From positions 55,595-75,594 of the forward strand of contig KZ538793.1 in NCBI GenBank assembly GCA_000934665.2: DNA of 20,000 bases, in the 5' to 3' direction. The DNA is from Catajapyx aquilonaris (Eukaryota). A program made the position numbers and the translations under genes. This document shows, piece by piece, positions 1 through 10,586 of the stretch (positions within the stretch are counted from its first letter, which is position 1; each line of letters starts with the position of its first letter). Below the pieces are notes generated by a model. The model was not told the DNA's origin and did not search any database. It saw only the letters and a list, made by a program, of their open reading frames with translations.

Positions 1-269
1 GTGGGCAAGGGGGGCAATAAAAAGCTAATCATGAATTCACGCCGAGAACGAGCTCCATGGATAACAATGTCCAATTAATCGAGTCAGAAGTTTACCCCCG
101 CCCCCTGAATAAATTCCTGGAGGAAAAAGGCTGACGTCACATTTGTCGTAAAATGGAAATTGCATGCTGCTTTTTATGCATTCAAATTATTGTTTTATGT
201 CCCACTGCTTAACTAAGCACCTTCACATGTCTCTGAACGAACTTTTCCTGTCATTTATTTCCTATCGTT

Positions 270-641
270 TTATTCATGCGGCATCGACCGGTCCTGATTG
301 GTCAGACCTGATTCAAGCTTATGTGCATAAGGGCATATGGGGGCTTTATTATTCGGATGCATTTCCCAGTGGGGTGAGCCCACGCCCGATTTTTGGGTAA
401 CGTCTGCTATCTCGGATGTTATCGGTGTTGAAATGATTCCAACAACGCGGAGGATGCCAAGGTTTATTAAGATTTCAGAAGTCTTTGTTATGGCCTTTTT
501 GCGAGCAGTAATGTCGCAAGGAAACATCACAACCCCCACGTGCACAGTATTCCTCTTCAGACCACTTTTCACGTATATATTCGCTTCTTCCATTAACTTG
601 TATAAACTACCGTAATGTATCTTGTACTTGATCTTTCGCAC
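270..641 (-). pseudogene. Unidentified coding-like frame, possibly a decayed SGNH/GDSL-esterase-like domain of mobile-element origin
   Basis: 123-codon open frame without ATG (RKIKYKIHYGSLYKLMEEANIYVKSGLKRNTVHVGVVMFPCDITARKK...). The pattern G-x-L-x-x-L...hydrophobic strand-CDIT loosely resembles SGNH blocks II/III. Protein-like sequence continues in shifted frames on both sides. The family assignment is inference only. Confidence 0.22.
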
Positions 642-1379
642 ATTTTACAACTAATTAATGCCTCTGTTGGGCATATAGGCTTAATTATTTTGATAATGGC
701 CTCCTCGCAAGTAGGCCTATCAGAATGTGGCGCGGAAAATAGCTTATAAATTTCAGACCAAATAAGTCAACTTTCCAGGCACACTGGCCTGCATACACGT
801 GACATCTCGTAGAACACTGAGTCTATCAGGTCAGCGGGATACTGGCAATCTTTCAGTACAGAGAACGATGAACCCTATAATGTATACTGTACAGTGTACA
901 CCATAAAACAGGGGTTATATGTTCCGGATAAAAGTGATAACTGATAATCAAGGATATTACAGTGTAATGATAACGTAACGGTCCGCACTAATCGCACCGA
1001 GCAATTTATTTAATCACAAAGCACTTACGCATGCAGTTCATTTACAGCTTCAAATTAGTTTAGGTGAGCGTATAATCGATATAAATCAATTATATGGTAC
1101 AGCATGTCAAAACGTGGATTATTATGAATTAAATAGTCGTTAAAGGCTTCCCTCATTTTGCTCTACAGGAGAGAGTTTATACTCGTATAGCGGGCAGAAA
1201 TAATGGGTAAACTGTGTATATGACAACGATATTATATCATGACCCATGCAGGGTGAGTCCTGAAAAGTGTCGGCTAAAGTTGCTTCAACCCTTCTTTGGT
1301 TACACCAACTACAGTTGTGTACTCTGCTAGTGTGTTGTCATGCTACATCTTCAATTATTTTTTTGTTTTCCAACTACCC

Positions 1380-1385
1380 TATATA

Positions 1386-1419
<34 letters not shown>
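1380..1419. repeat. (TA)n microsatellite
   Basis: About 20 TA units with one CA interruption, read directly. Confidence 0.97.
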
Positions 1420-3158
1420 GGCCTATACGAGGAATCAGCTCATATCGTTGTGGAGGAACCGAGGAACCCAACCAACCCAAGTGTTGCACATGCTGCCTGC
1501 TGGTAAACAATGCAGAAACATATGAAGAGGGCAAAGAGCCAGAATATGATAGTGCATGCTGGTCTGTAGCTGATGTGCGTTGGGGTTTGGAGGATAAAAT
1601 GCCATGCGGTAGCCACTGGCCTGTTACTGTTGGGAGCATGACAGAAATACAGCGTTATGACAGCAGTCTAGGCGTGCATGAGCCGCCCAACAAGATCGTA
1701 AAGCCGTCTTTTACGAGAGCAGGCCCATCATGATGCTTGGCCGGCCGCCACTGTCCAACCAACCAACCGACCTGCTGGTTGCTGGGGGTGGCTGAGATGA
1801 GGGGTTGAAGGAAGAACTCTTCTCCGAAAACCTACTGCTGCTTCGTGCCAATGAAGGACAATAAGTAATAAAGCGATCGTGTATCCTGCATCAGTGTTGT
1901 TTTCTCCTCTCTGGCACATACAACATACCGGATGGCCCACCGACACTTCACCCCTCCTCTATTAGGCAGTGTATAATGAAGAAAAGAATTTCCAACCTTT
2001 TAATTAATGGTATTCAAGCAGCAATAGGAATGCGGACCAAATTACACGCAACGCCTACTTTCACTTTTCAAACTTGTTTCAAACTGTGCTTCCAATTATG
2101 GCTCAGGCCAATGTGTTCCGTGATTATTATTATTGCTCTCCTTTTTATCTCCTAGCCAGGAATGGCCGTAATGATCCATGTCTATGTGCGATGCTTTGAA
2201 TTTAGCAACCTGTGACACACGCCCGATGCACTGTGCCATTGCCCGGATTAGTCCGGTCAAAAGAGTCGGGCATTCCCCCCATCCCAGTCCCAGCAAAGCA
2301 ATAGCCGCAGTGGCGACAGACAAAAACGGTTTTCCTTCCGAAAGAGTCCTCTTTTCATGCTAAGTGCAGGCAGTCCAGCCGGAGGACTAAACAAGGGGCA
2401 ATGACAGTGACTCCTAGCTGGCGAGTCACCTTTTGCTGGCAGACCACTTCAAAAGTCGGGAGCCGGCCTCGGGAGGGGACCCAAAACAGGATCAACATTT
2501 TTGGAAACAAGGCGTGACTGACCCCCTCAGAGGTGTCCCTTGCCAATAAACTCAATTTTCATCCTGACTTTTGGTGGACCATGCCGCACCGTGCTTTTAA
2601 GCCCTCCTTTGTTGCCGCCAATGACAGGTGGATCGCTCAGGTAGATGGCCACTGTGGCTTGTGTGCAGTTACTAGGCGGCGTGTCTGGAATTAGGGAAGT
2701 TAAGGTGTGCTAAGTTAAGTATAGTAGGCGATTCGGGGACTTGTGTCGGATCTTGCAAGGTCCAGGGAGCCAGCCACGATTTGTCCGGGATGAACATGAC
2801 AAAGGTTCTGGCTTACACCATATAACTGGTCAACCCTATACTGTATATATGACTCCCCTAACTGGCTTACACAGGTTGTTCCTATATAAAGGTGTGCAGT
2901 CTCTCTCGGATTAACATGTGCTCACAAGCTTGCCAACAAGTTTTTCTAGCAAGCTTATGTGAACACATCTGGGGGTCCTGAGAGATATGGCAAGTATTGC
3001 ACCATCCGATTTTGGCGATTTCGGCTTCATTACAGAGATAATCGCATTTCGATGTTAGTTTCGTCACACGAGTCACGCATGTAATGATGGTCATCCTGAA
3101 GATTATTACACCCCGAACTCCCGGGTCATGGGTCGCCTGAAAACAAGTCACAAATGTA

Positions 3159-3183
3159 GGGGGGGGGGGGGNNNNNNNNNNNN
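3159..3183. other. Poly-G run abutting an assembly gap (N 3172-3183)
   Basis: Read directly. Confidence 0.97.
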
Positions 3184-4259
3184 NGAGAATAAAATTGTGG
3201 AAGAAGCAACCGGTGACGACGAGGCAGACAATCAGACACTTTGGGTTGCCCCTAGACACGCGGCAACACACACAGCACCCTATTGCACAGAGATCATCTG
3301 ACATGAGAGATGACCCGATCACCTTACAATAGTTGCCTATGGAGGTATATATGGGCGTGATAATCATTGCAGTACTGATGGGATTTCGAAAGTCGCCTAT
3401 TTTGCAGCATGGCCACTTATTGACCAATGATTATCCTCCTTATCGCGTATTTTAATTCACATGATTGTGTCGGGAGGCATTATAGTATTTGTGTCGCCTA
3501 TATCCTTAAAGCCGTCGAGTTGATGCAAGTAATCTTTGTCTCAATAAGTTCATAACCTCCATCTCAGCTCAAGATTGTAGATCATCATCAAGTGAAGTAT
3601 AAATGAAACCTCAGAGGTCAATCCATCATTTAGAAAGCACAGGTTCACCAACTTCATACACATCCTACAGATTTCCTTGGCCCTTAACTATATCATTTAG
3701 GCTATGAATAATACGTGCAGGTATTTGTGTTCAAGTAGCACTATACTGTGTCTGGACGAAGATGAACCTGTATATCTGAAGCCCAACATTGTCCGGAAGA
3801 GTGAGCCAAGTTGGCGTGCAAAAAAAACAAACCCGGAGGCAGCAACCTACGGTGAGCAGGCAGGCAGTCAAGGCGTTAATAAAGGGCGAAGGCTGTAAAT
3901 AAAATCCTTTAATAAAGGGGAAGAGGAATCACCTGTCCCAAGACCTAATAGGCCTAATGGGCTAAGCCCATAAAGCCGGAAAGCCGCTGCGAGCCGGACA
4001 TTACACGATTTTGCTGCTGGGGTTGCTGTGGCAACCGAGGTGACGAGGCGATCCCAAACGCTCATTCCCCAGCAAGGTGCCACACTAATTGCACCTTTTC
4101 CTCTCCCACTTGCCCACCCACCTCCATACCCTATAGCACAGTCTATGTAGTTCTGTACAGCCCATCATTCGCAACAAAGCATGTGAAACTTGCCTACACT
4201 GTCCACTAATATTGAGCGGAGCTTGTTTTCACATATTTTCAAATATTTATATTAATTTC

Positions 4260-4313
4260 CATGTTAACTGGAATGTTGTCATGAATGTTCCACTGAACAT
4301 TCCAGTTGACATG
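4260..4313. repeat. Short inverted repeat (18-bp arms), possible MITE remnant
   Basis: catgttaactggaatgtt (4260-4277) vs aacattccagttgacatg (4296-4313), one mismatch; an internal gaatgttc/gaacattc pair is also present. Confidence 0.6.
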
Positions 4314-4978
4314 CAATGTGTCTGATGCAGATGAGTCATATGACAGCCCTCTTGCCCATTTGATGCACCTTATAGTGACGTGTATTAGGTTGTTCTAAAT
4401 TTTACAGGACATGAGTAACACAGGGGGTGTCACATTGCACACCCAAAAAATACGCAATCATTATTCTTCTGTATTTTGTTGTGACAGTGTAGCCTATATA
4501 TTGGTCTTCAAACATGCATGTGCATAATTAGAGGTTAAATAATGTGCGATAAAAATTCATCAATATCAGTCTTATCTAGATTATCTTTGCAATATCTAAG
4601 AAGCCTACAGATGAATGACTATATAGGTTTATTGGATGCTGGAGCTACGTAGATAAGTTAAACTACCCTGCAAAATTTAAATAATTTTCTGCGGCACAGG
4701 ATTTCATTGATGACCCATAACCTATAATCCAAGGGCTCTGATTTTAAATATGCTTTCCATTTTCCACTTTTACGTTCGGTTTTCTTGCAATGATAATGTG
4801 ATTAAGTTAATTTGAATATATACAGTAGGCCCTACTATTATTTTGTACAATTGTTACATACCATGAAAATGACCAAAAGTGTTCAGGAAACACAGAAAAA
4901 CAGTGTAAATGTTTTTCAAATAAATAATCAAAGCTAACTAAGGGAACTTTTCGGTGACATATCCATAATACAGTATAC

Positions 4979-5407
4979 CAGGGTGATTCCGGTAACTTTG
5001 GCAAAAATCACAGGGTGCTGGGTAGAGGCCCCATAGGCACGTATTTTGAGTTTCGATACCCATGTCCGGAAATGCCCCCATACGGGGGTACGGCCGTTTC
5101 CACCTTTAGTATGTTGCGCCTGGTGGGTAGTCAACCCATCGTACTCGAAGGTTGCGTTCATCAGGTTTTGCACTTGATACTCGCAATTGTTTTCACCTTC
5201 GTCTCCTCCACACGCGACACACATGATAAACGCAAGTTTCGAGTACGGTGGGTTGCCTATACCCACCAGGCGCAACAGACCAAAGGTCGAAACGGCCGTA
5301 TCCCCGTACAGAGGCATTTCCGGACATGGGTATCGAAGCTCAAAATACTTGCCTAGGGGGCCTCTACCCGCCCTGTGATTTTTGCCAAAGTTAACGGAAT
5401 CACCCTG
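4979..5407. mobile_element. Tc1/mariner-type MITE with long (~185 bp) terminal inverted repeats
   Basis: Ends CAGGGTGATTCCG...CGGAATCACCCTG; arms 4979-5163 and 5224-5407 are reverse complements with scattered mismatches. TA flanks at 4976-4977 (one extra C at 4978) and 5408-5409. No coding capacity; the mirrored ORFs in the track are artefacts of the palindrome. Confidence 0.92.
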
Positions 5408-5752
5408 TATTAGTGCCCTTGGCCTTCCTTATCGAAACAAATGAAACCAAGTAGAATCGTTTGCCGTGGGTCATAGAGCTGACTATGCTTCCCAGGCTTG
5501 CACCCATATATGTTATATTATACTCGAGCCTCTTCCTGAGTGAGGCAGTTCAGACGAAGGCGCCAGGTGGCCAAGATGCCCTGCAGCAAGTTTAAGAGCG
5601 CCTATTTGCACTTGCAGAATACTTCAGTAGAGTATGAAGGAATTGTGCCAACACCTTGTACAGGATGTTTGTGAAGCAAGAGCAACTAGTCTTAGTGGGA
5701 AAACTTGCGTCTTGTAGCTGCCAGTGAAAAATCAACAGTACGTGGATCTGAA

Positions 5753-5915
5753 TTGGTCATTTTGTGAACTCACCCGGGTGGATATTTCCACCCGAAATGA
5801 AGCCAGAGATGGCCCAACTCTGCACGGATAAAGGTGGAAACCCCGGGTGGGGATTGAACCCGGGACCTTCATATCCGTGGGCGCGCGCGTTACCGCGGCG
5901 CCACTTCATCTCCCC
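5753..5915 (-). mobile_element. Short, tail-less copy of the tRNA-derived SINE family
   Basis: Minus strand begins ggggagatgaagtggcgccgcggtaac (A box) and contains ggttcaatccc (B box). It matches the 5' half of the copies at 6167-6580 and 7557-7967 and is flanked by a 9-bp direct repeat ggatctgaa (5744-5752, 5916-5924). Confidence 0.9.
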
Positions 5916-6166
5916 GGATCTGAAGGATTAAGAGTAATGAACACACAACATACACACAATCCACTCCTCAGAAAAAGTCAATGTAGTGTATTCAATCAGA
6001 AAACATAGGAGTATACTGTAGAAAAACAATGTGTTTGAAGGAATTGTTTTCTACATGGATTAACATAATTTATTGGCAAAATGCTTGATGTGATGCATAA
6101 TCAAGTGAAAAAATTCAATTTCATCCATAATTCCAGTGCATGTGGGGGTGCCACAGTGGCTTACAA

Positions 6167-6188
6167 CAACAACAACAACAACAACAAC

Positions 6189-6249
<61 letters not shown>

Positions 6250-6580
6250 TCCGGGGTAGTGCTGACCTCATCAGAGGTGTGTAGCATGGACCTTTATTAA
6301 TTTTTGTCGTGTACATTGGAGCCTTTATACGTAACTCCCGGGCCCACGGGCAGGATGACAGGAGGGGATGTGCATGGTGCAGTGCATCTGACGCTGTGGC
6401 CATTTTTAGTGAACTCCCCCGGGTGGTTTAGTCTGTGGAAATACCACCCGAGACGAAGCCAGAGGTGACCCTGAACTCTGCACGAGATGAAGGGGGTGTC
6501 CCCAGGTTGGGATTGAACCCGGGACCTTATTAACATCCGTGGGCGCGTACGTTACCGCAGCACCACTTCGCCTCCCCAAT
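6167..6580 (-). mobile_element. Full-length tRNA-derived SINE with (TTA)n(TTG)n tail
   Basis: A box tggtgctgcgg and B box ggttcaatccc on the minus strand; body aligns along its length with 7557-7967; tail 6167-6248; 14-bp target-site duplication acagtggcttacaa (6153-6166, 6581-6594). Confidence 0.95.
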
Positions 6581-7325
6581 ACAGTGGCTTACAAGGTTTA
6601 GTTCAGGCCATTCCAAACTGCCACCCTGAGGTTTCAAGATAAAAACCCTGTTATGAATTTGTAAAAGTCGCGCCCTCAAAGTTCCTATATTAACACTGAG
6701 TAATTCATCAACAGTAGTATGTACAGATTGTACACTGGTTACCCTAGTGGCTGATAACTGATTATTTTAGCACATAATGTTAATAGGTGTTAAGTAGCAG
6801 TCTTATACAGCGGGGGGGGGGGGGNGGGGGGGGAGAGGTTTGGAAGTGCCAAACTTGTCCCCCAAACTGCATGAAAGACCATGCAGTATTAATGTGATGT
6901 TGCATGTGCATGTGCATGTTATGATGATACTACTGCATATGCTACATGCATCTCATAAATCATAAACCACTCTTAATAATTATGAATGACAGATTCATTT
7001 CTTATCACACAGTTGGCCAATCTTCATTGAACAAAAATCATAGATACCTTTTCCCCCAAATTATTCCTGCTGACACAAGTCATTACTGGAGCAACTAATC
7101 AAAATTAATGTCTTGTACCCTTAAATGGCCAAGAATTGTGACATTGGTGCACATGGAGGCCCCAGAAGTCATTATGAGGTATTGGGAATACAGAATCAAT
7201 TTTCCAACTGGTTCAGGAACATTTTTAAGGGTTTGGTGCAAAGCAGAAAAAAAATTCCCTTGATCACCTAAGTGTGAGAGATGAGAGCAAATGGCTATTC
7301 TACTGGTGAAAAAGGTACCACCAAG

Positions 7326-7500
7326 GTAGACTAGCTCAGTGGTCAGAAATACAGGTTGCCACCAGGTGGTCCAAGATTATTTAGAATCCTGGAGCTGGCC
7401 ATCCTGAGTGAGGTTTTTTTGTTCTTTTGCCAGGTCACTTCCAAGATAACTCTTGGGATGACTGCCTTTGAAGATGGACAGAATCATCTTCCATCCTTAC
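7326..7500 (+). mobile_element. Decayed tRNA-derived SINE of a second family
   Basis: A box tagctcagtggt (7332-7343) and degenerate B box (ttagaatcc), followed by ggccatcctgagtgaggtttt...tcacttccaag...tgggatgactgcctttgaag, which resembles the central domain of widespread insect SINEs (from recall, not searched). No TSD found. Confidence 0.6.
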
Positions 7501-7556
7501 CTATCTTTTTATTTCACATTGTTACATTATATATATGTAATAGTATGCTAAATTTC

Positions 7557-7890
7557 AGGGAGACGAAGTGGCGCTGCGGTAACGTATGCTCGTACACCTA
7601 CAGATGTTAAGGTCCCGGGTTCGATCCCAGCCCGGGGACACCCCCTTCATCTCATGCAGAGTTGAGCGGCCGTCTCTGGCTTTGTCTCGGGTGGTTCCTT
7701 AGACTAAACCACCCGGGGGAATTCACAAAACGACCACGGATAAGACATTGCACTGCACTTTGCACATCCCCTCCTGTCATCCTGCCCGTGGGCCCGGGCG
7801 CTTCGTCAAAGGTTCCAATTGTGTACAAATTGTACAAGTTAATAAATAGAGGTCCGTGCAGGTACCCTGAGGGTGAGCACTACCCCCACA

Positions 7891-7958
<68 letters not shown>

Positions 7959-7967
7959 CATTATTAT
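7557..7967 (+). mobile_element. Full-length tRNA-derived SINE with (TTA)n tail
   Basis: A box tggcgctgcgg 7569-7579; B box ggttcgatccc 7618-7628; internal hairpin cgggtggtt/aaccacccg (7688-7715); (TTA)n tail from about 7892; 13-bp TSD tatgctaaatttc (7544-7556, 7968-7980). Confidence 0.96.
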
Positions 7968-8521
7968 TATGCTAAATTTCTTCCCTGATTGGTTATGATT
8001 TCATGGTGCAATACGTAAATAAAGGCTCTGCAGAGCCATGACGGCTGATCCCTACGAACCAACCAACCAGCCAGTCACTAAAAAGGGACCACTGTAAAGT
8101 GCTACATACTCGTAACTGTATTACCAAGAGTACGGTACCGGATTTAACAGCCTTGGCTATTACAGACTTTAGGTTACAGCAGTCTCGAAAGGCTGGTCCC
8201 GCAATACTTCCATACATGGCCAGTGCATTTAGCTACTACAGAGTACAGACCTCGGATTTAACAGACTGATTTCCGCGGTCCATTGAAGCCTGTGATATCC
8301 GGAGTCTGCTGTATTATTATTAAGAGTTAAATTCCCGCATTTCTGTAAATTCTTAAGCTGAGAAGGCAGAAGTAGAATGTTAAATAGACCATGGTAGGAA
8401 CCAACCACCACACTACAACTCGCAATGCCATCTGTCCAAAGTATTTAGTAGCCTATCTGTAATAAAGTGATTGCAAGTGTTATTATTAAGGATTTACAGT
8501 GAACAAAATGTTTTCAATCTA

Positions 8522-8945
8522 CAGGGTGTATCTGAACTCAGTGCCCCGACGCATATGACTGCCTTCCTAGCCACCAGAGGATCGATTTAAGTATAGGAAT
8601 CATTATGTCTGGCTGCCGCATTACGGAGATAATTGGCCGCAAACATGTAGTACAAAATATCCTGTCGGTTAGGCCACCCATCGAACCCTCCCCCAGTCAG
8701 AAGGCTCTGGAAGGTCTGGGGGCGGGACTTTGTTGGTTTGTTGCCCACAGGTGGTAAGGCCTCTTTGGCTAGTTACACCAGAAAATTATATTTAGAAGTC
8801 AGAAGGAGCGATTAGGCAAAAATCGCTAAAGAGTGTATCTCCGTAATGCGGCGGCCAAACATAACGATTCCTATACTTAAATCGATCCTCTGGTGGCTAG
8901 GAAGGCAGTCATATACGTCGGGGCACTGAGTTCAGATACACCCTG
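8522..8945. mobile_element. Tc1/mariner-type MITE with 110-bp terminal inverted repeats
   Basis: TA|CAGGGTGTATCTGAACTCAGTGCCCCGACG...CGTCGGGGCACTGAGTTCAGATACACCCTG|TA; arms 8522-8631 and 8836-8945 are near-perfect; TA TSD at 8520-8521 and 8946-8947. Confidence 0.95.
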
Positions 8946-9018
8946 TATATTTTTTACATTGGGTTAACAAAGATAATATTGGGCCAAATAATGCTATTGA
9001 TGGGCTCTAACAGTAGCT

Positions 9019-9162
9019 TTAATCATCTATTGTGATAACTTCCACCACGGGTTGGCCGTTCCTCCTCCGGGCCTCGGCCGCCTGCTGCAGCAGGTGGTAA
9101 ATTCTCAAGACAATGCGCAGGCGGCGGCGAAACTCAGCAACGGCCGCAGTCCACTCAATTGG
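9019..9162 (-). CDS. Terminal coding exon (paralog A) of an unidentified gene; helix plus C-terminal SIM-like motif
   Basis: Acceptor cttgtcttttccacag| then phase-0 frame PIEWTAAVAEFRRRLRIVLRIYHLLQQAAEARRRNGQPVVEVITIDD* (TAA 9019-9021). Homologous to 19140-19298 with frame-preserving indels and many synonymous differences. Not in the ORF track. Upstream exons not resolved. Confidence 0.72.
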   Translation of the reverse strand, partial: PIEWTAAVAEFRRRLRIVLRIYHLLQQAAEARRRNGQPVVEVITIDD

Positions 9163-9185
9163 CTGTGGAAAAGACAAGTGAGTGT

Positions 9186-9322
9186 ATGTGTCAATCTGAT
9201 GACCATGGCACTCATGTGAATGTAGCCTGATACCCGGTTCAATATTGTGTAGGATTTAGGTAATTTATGCATAAAACCAGGTCGACATAATCACACATCA
9301 CTTTTTTTTGGCAAAAGTACAT
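9186..9322 (-). other. Conserved intronic block (copy A), candidate structured RNA or splicing element
   Basis: Aligns to 19326-19456 with long exact runs (tcatgtgaatgtagcctgata; gtaatttatgcataaaaccagg; aagtacattga; tgtgtcaatctga). Function is inference. Confidence 0.5.
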
Positions 9323-10071
9323 TGACACGAAGAGGGACTAATAGAAGCAGTTGCTGTGCCCTGGATATAATTATTTATAATAGTAATATCTTACTTGGAA
9401 TAACGACAATTTTAGTGGCACTCCAACTTATGAAACAAAACTAATAATCTGGGGATGACATCATGTTGACTATGCCTTCAAACTGGTATCCAAAAATTTA
9501 GCTGAGTTAATACCCATATCAGTTTGTGTGTCGTATGTAAGTGTGTATGGGTGGGTGGGGAGGGTTGTCCAAAATCAAAGACTCATACAGTCATAAGAAT
9601 TAAAAGGTGGGGGATGACTGATGGGGGACTTGCACATTTCATTGCATGCATTGAAATCCATGTAATACATTTGCTGTAAACACTTTTGTAGTTAAAAGGT
9701 AATGGAGTTTAAATTTCTGCTGGATGAAAAGCTCCTTTGTTCAATTAGTCAATTTCCAACTAGTGTTCTACTGACATGCAATTTTACATGTTTCTTTTTG
9801 CTGTTAGCTGGGGAGGAGCTAATAATGATACAAATAATTATACAAAATGCCTTTATCTGCGACCCTCTAGATTTCTCGTGTTTAAGTTTTACTGCGTTTT
9901 TTTTGTTATTATCAAATTGCTCTTATGTGCTACCTGCTTTCACGGGTAGAGTGGCACACCAGTAAAATTGGGGGTGACCCGATTTTTAAAAATCCCCATA
10001 TTGTGGTGGCTATACCAGAATGCTGGTATGTATAGAGTGAGGTTTTTCCTATTTACATTTTACCTGAATAA

Positions 10072-10198
10072 GGGCCGGTTTCACCGAGCTTGGTATATGA
10101 TAAAACCAGGTTTCTTTAGGAAAATCCAACACAAATAGATAGGGATTTTGAGAAAGAACCCTGGTTTTATCATATACTGAGCTCGGTGAAACCGGCCC
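10072..10198. mobile_element. PIF/Harbinger-type (Tourist-like) MITE, 127 bp
   Basis: TIR GGGCCGGTTTCACCGAGCT...AGCTCGGTGAAACCGGCCC, with the palindrome extending almost to the centre; 3-bp flanks taa / tca (TWA-like TSD with one mismatch). Confidence 0.88.
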
Positions 10199-10586
10199 TC
10201 AGTCATCAACTGAAAGCTATAATATATTAATTTCTTTGGAGAATGGGAAATATGGATGGAATAAATCTCTGCCCATTCTTCCTCATCGGTGGCTTTTGAA
10301 AGGGTTCTGTGCTCCTCTAAATCATTTCCTACTCCACCCTGACTTATGTACATGGTTCGTTCCTCAACATTGTACTGTACTTAAGTCAAATTTGACATAA
10401 CATGCTTTTTATTATACAGTATGGTCTTCCAACCAAATACAGTACATCTATACTGGAGCAGGGTGCAAATGTCTGTCACATGTAAACTGAGGGAGGTATA
10501 ATGAGTCTAACTGTAAGTGGGCAGGTCCGAGATGCCATATTTAACGATTTTTCTCACAATTGCTGGCATTTAACATTACCAGTTTG

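Noticed and set aside
1..120. Possible right end of a hAT-type MITE (ccccctgaataaattcctgg)
   Set aside because: The terminal TIR is missing and the left end is outside the window.
2882..3427. 181-aa cysteine-rich minus-strand ORF
   Set aside because: It spans an N gap and poly-G run, lacks an ATG start and has no recognisable motif.
4934..5378. ORFs of 63-127 aa with internally repeated peptides
   Set aside because: They are the two arms of the palindromic MITE read on opposite strands.
7557..7635. tRNA gene
   Set aside because: A and B boxes are present, but the sequence continues into a SINE body with tail and TSD and no clean cloverleaf is evident.
6060..7988. ORFs with poly-N/I/L/Y tracts and shared LNHPGEFTK peptides
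   Set aside because: Translations of SINE bodies and their trinucleotide tails.
9188..9328. C/D-box snoRNA on the plus strand (gtgtcaat/attgacac stem, ctgatga)
   Set aside because: No terminal CTGA D box, the C-like box is destroyed in the paralog (ctgaaaa), and the strand is opposite to the host exon.
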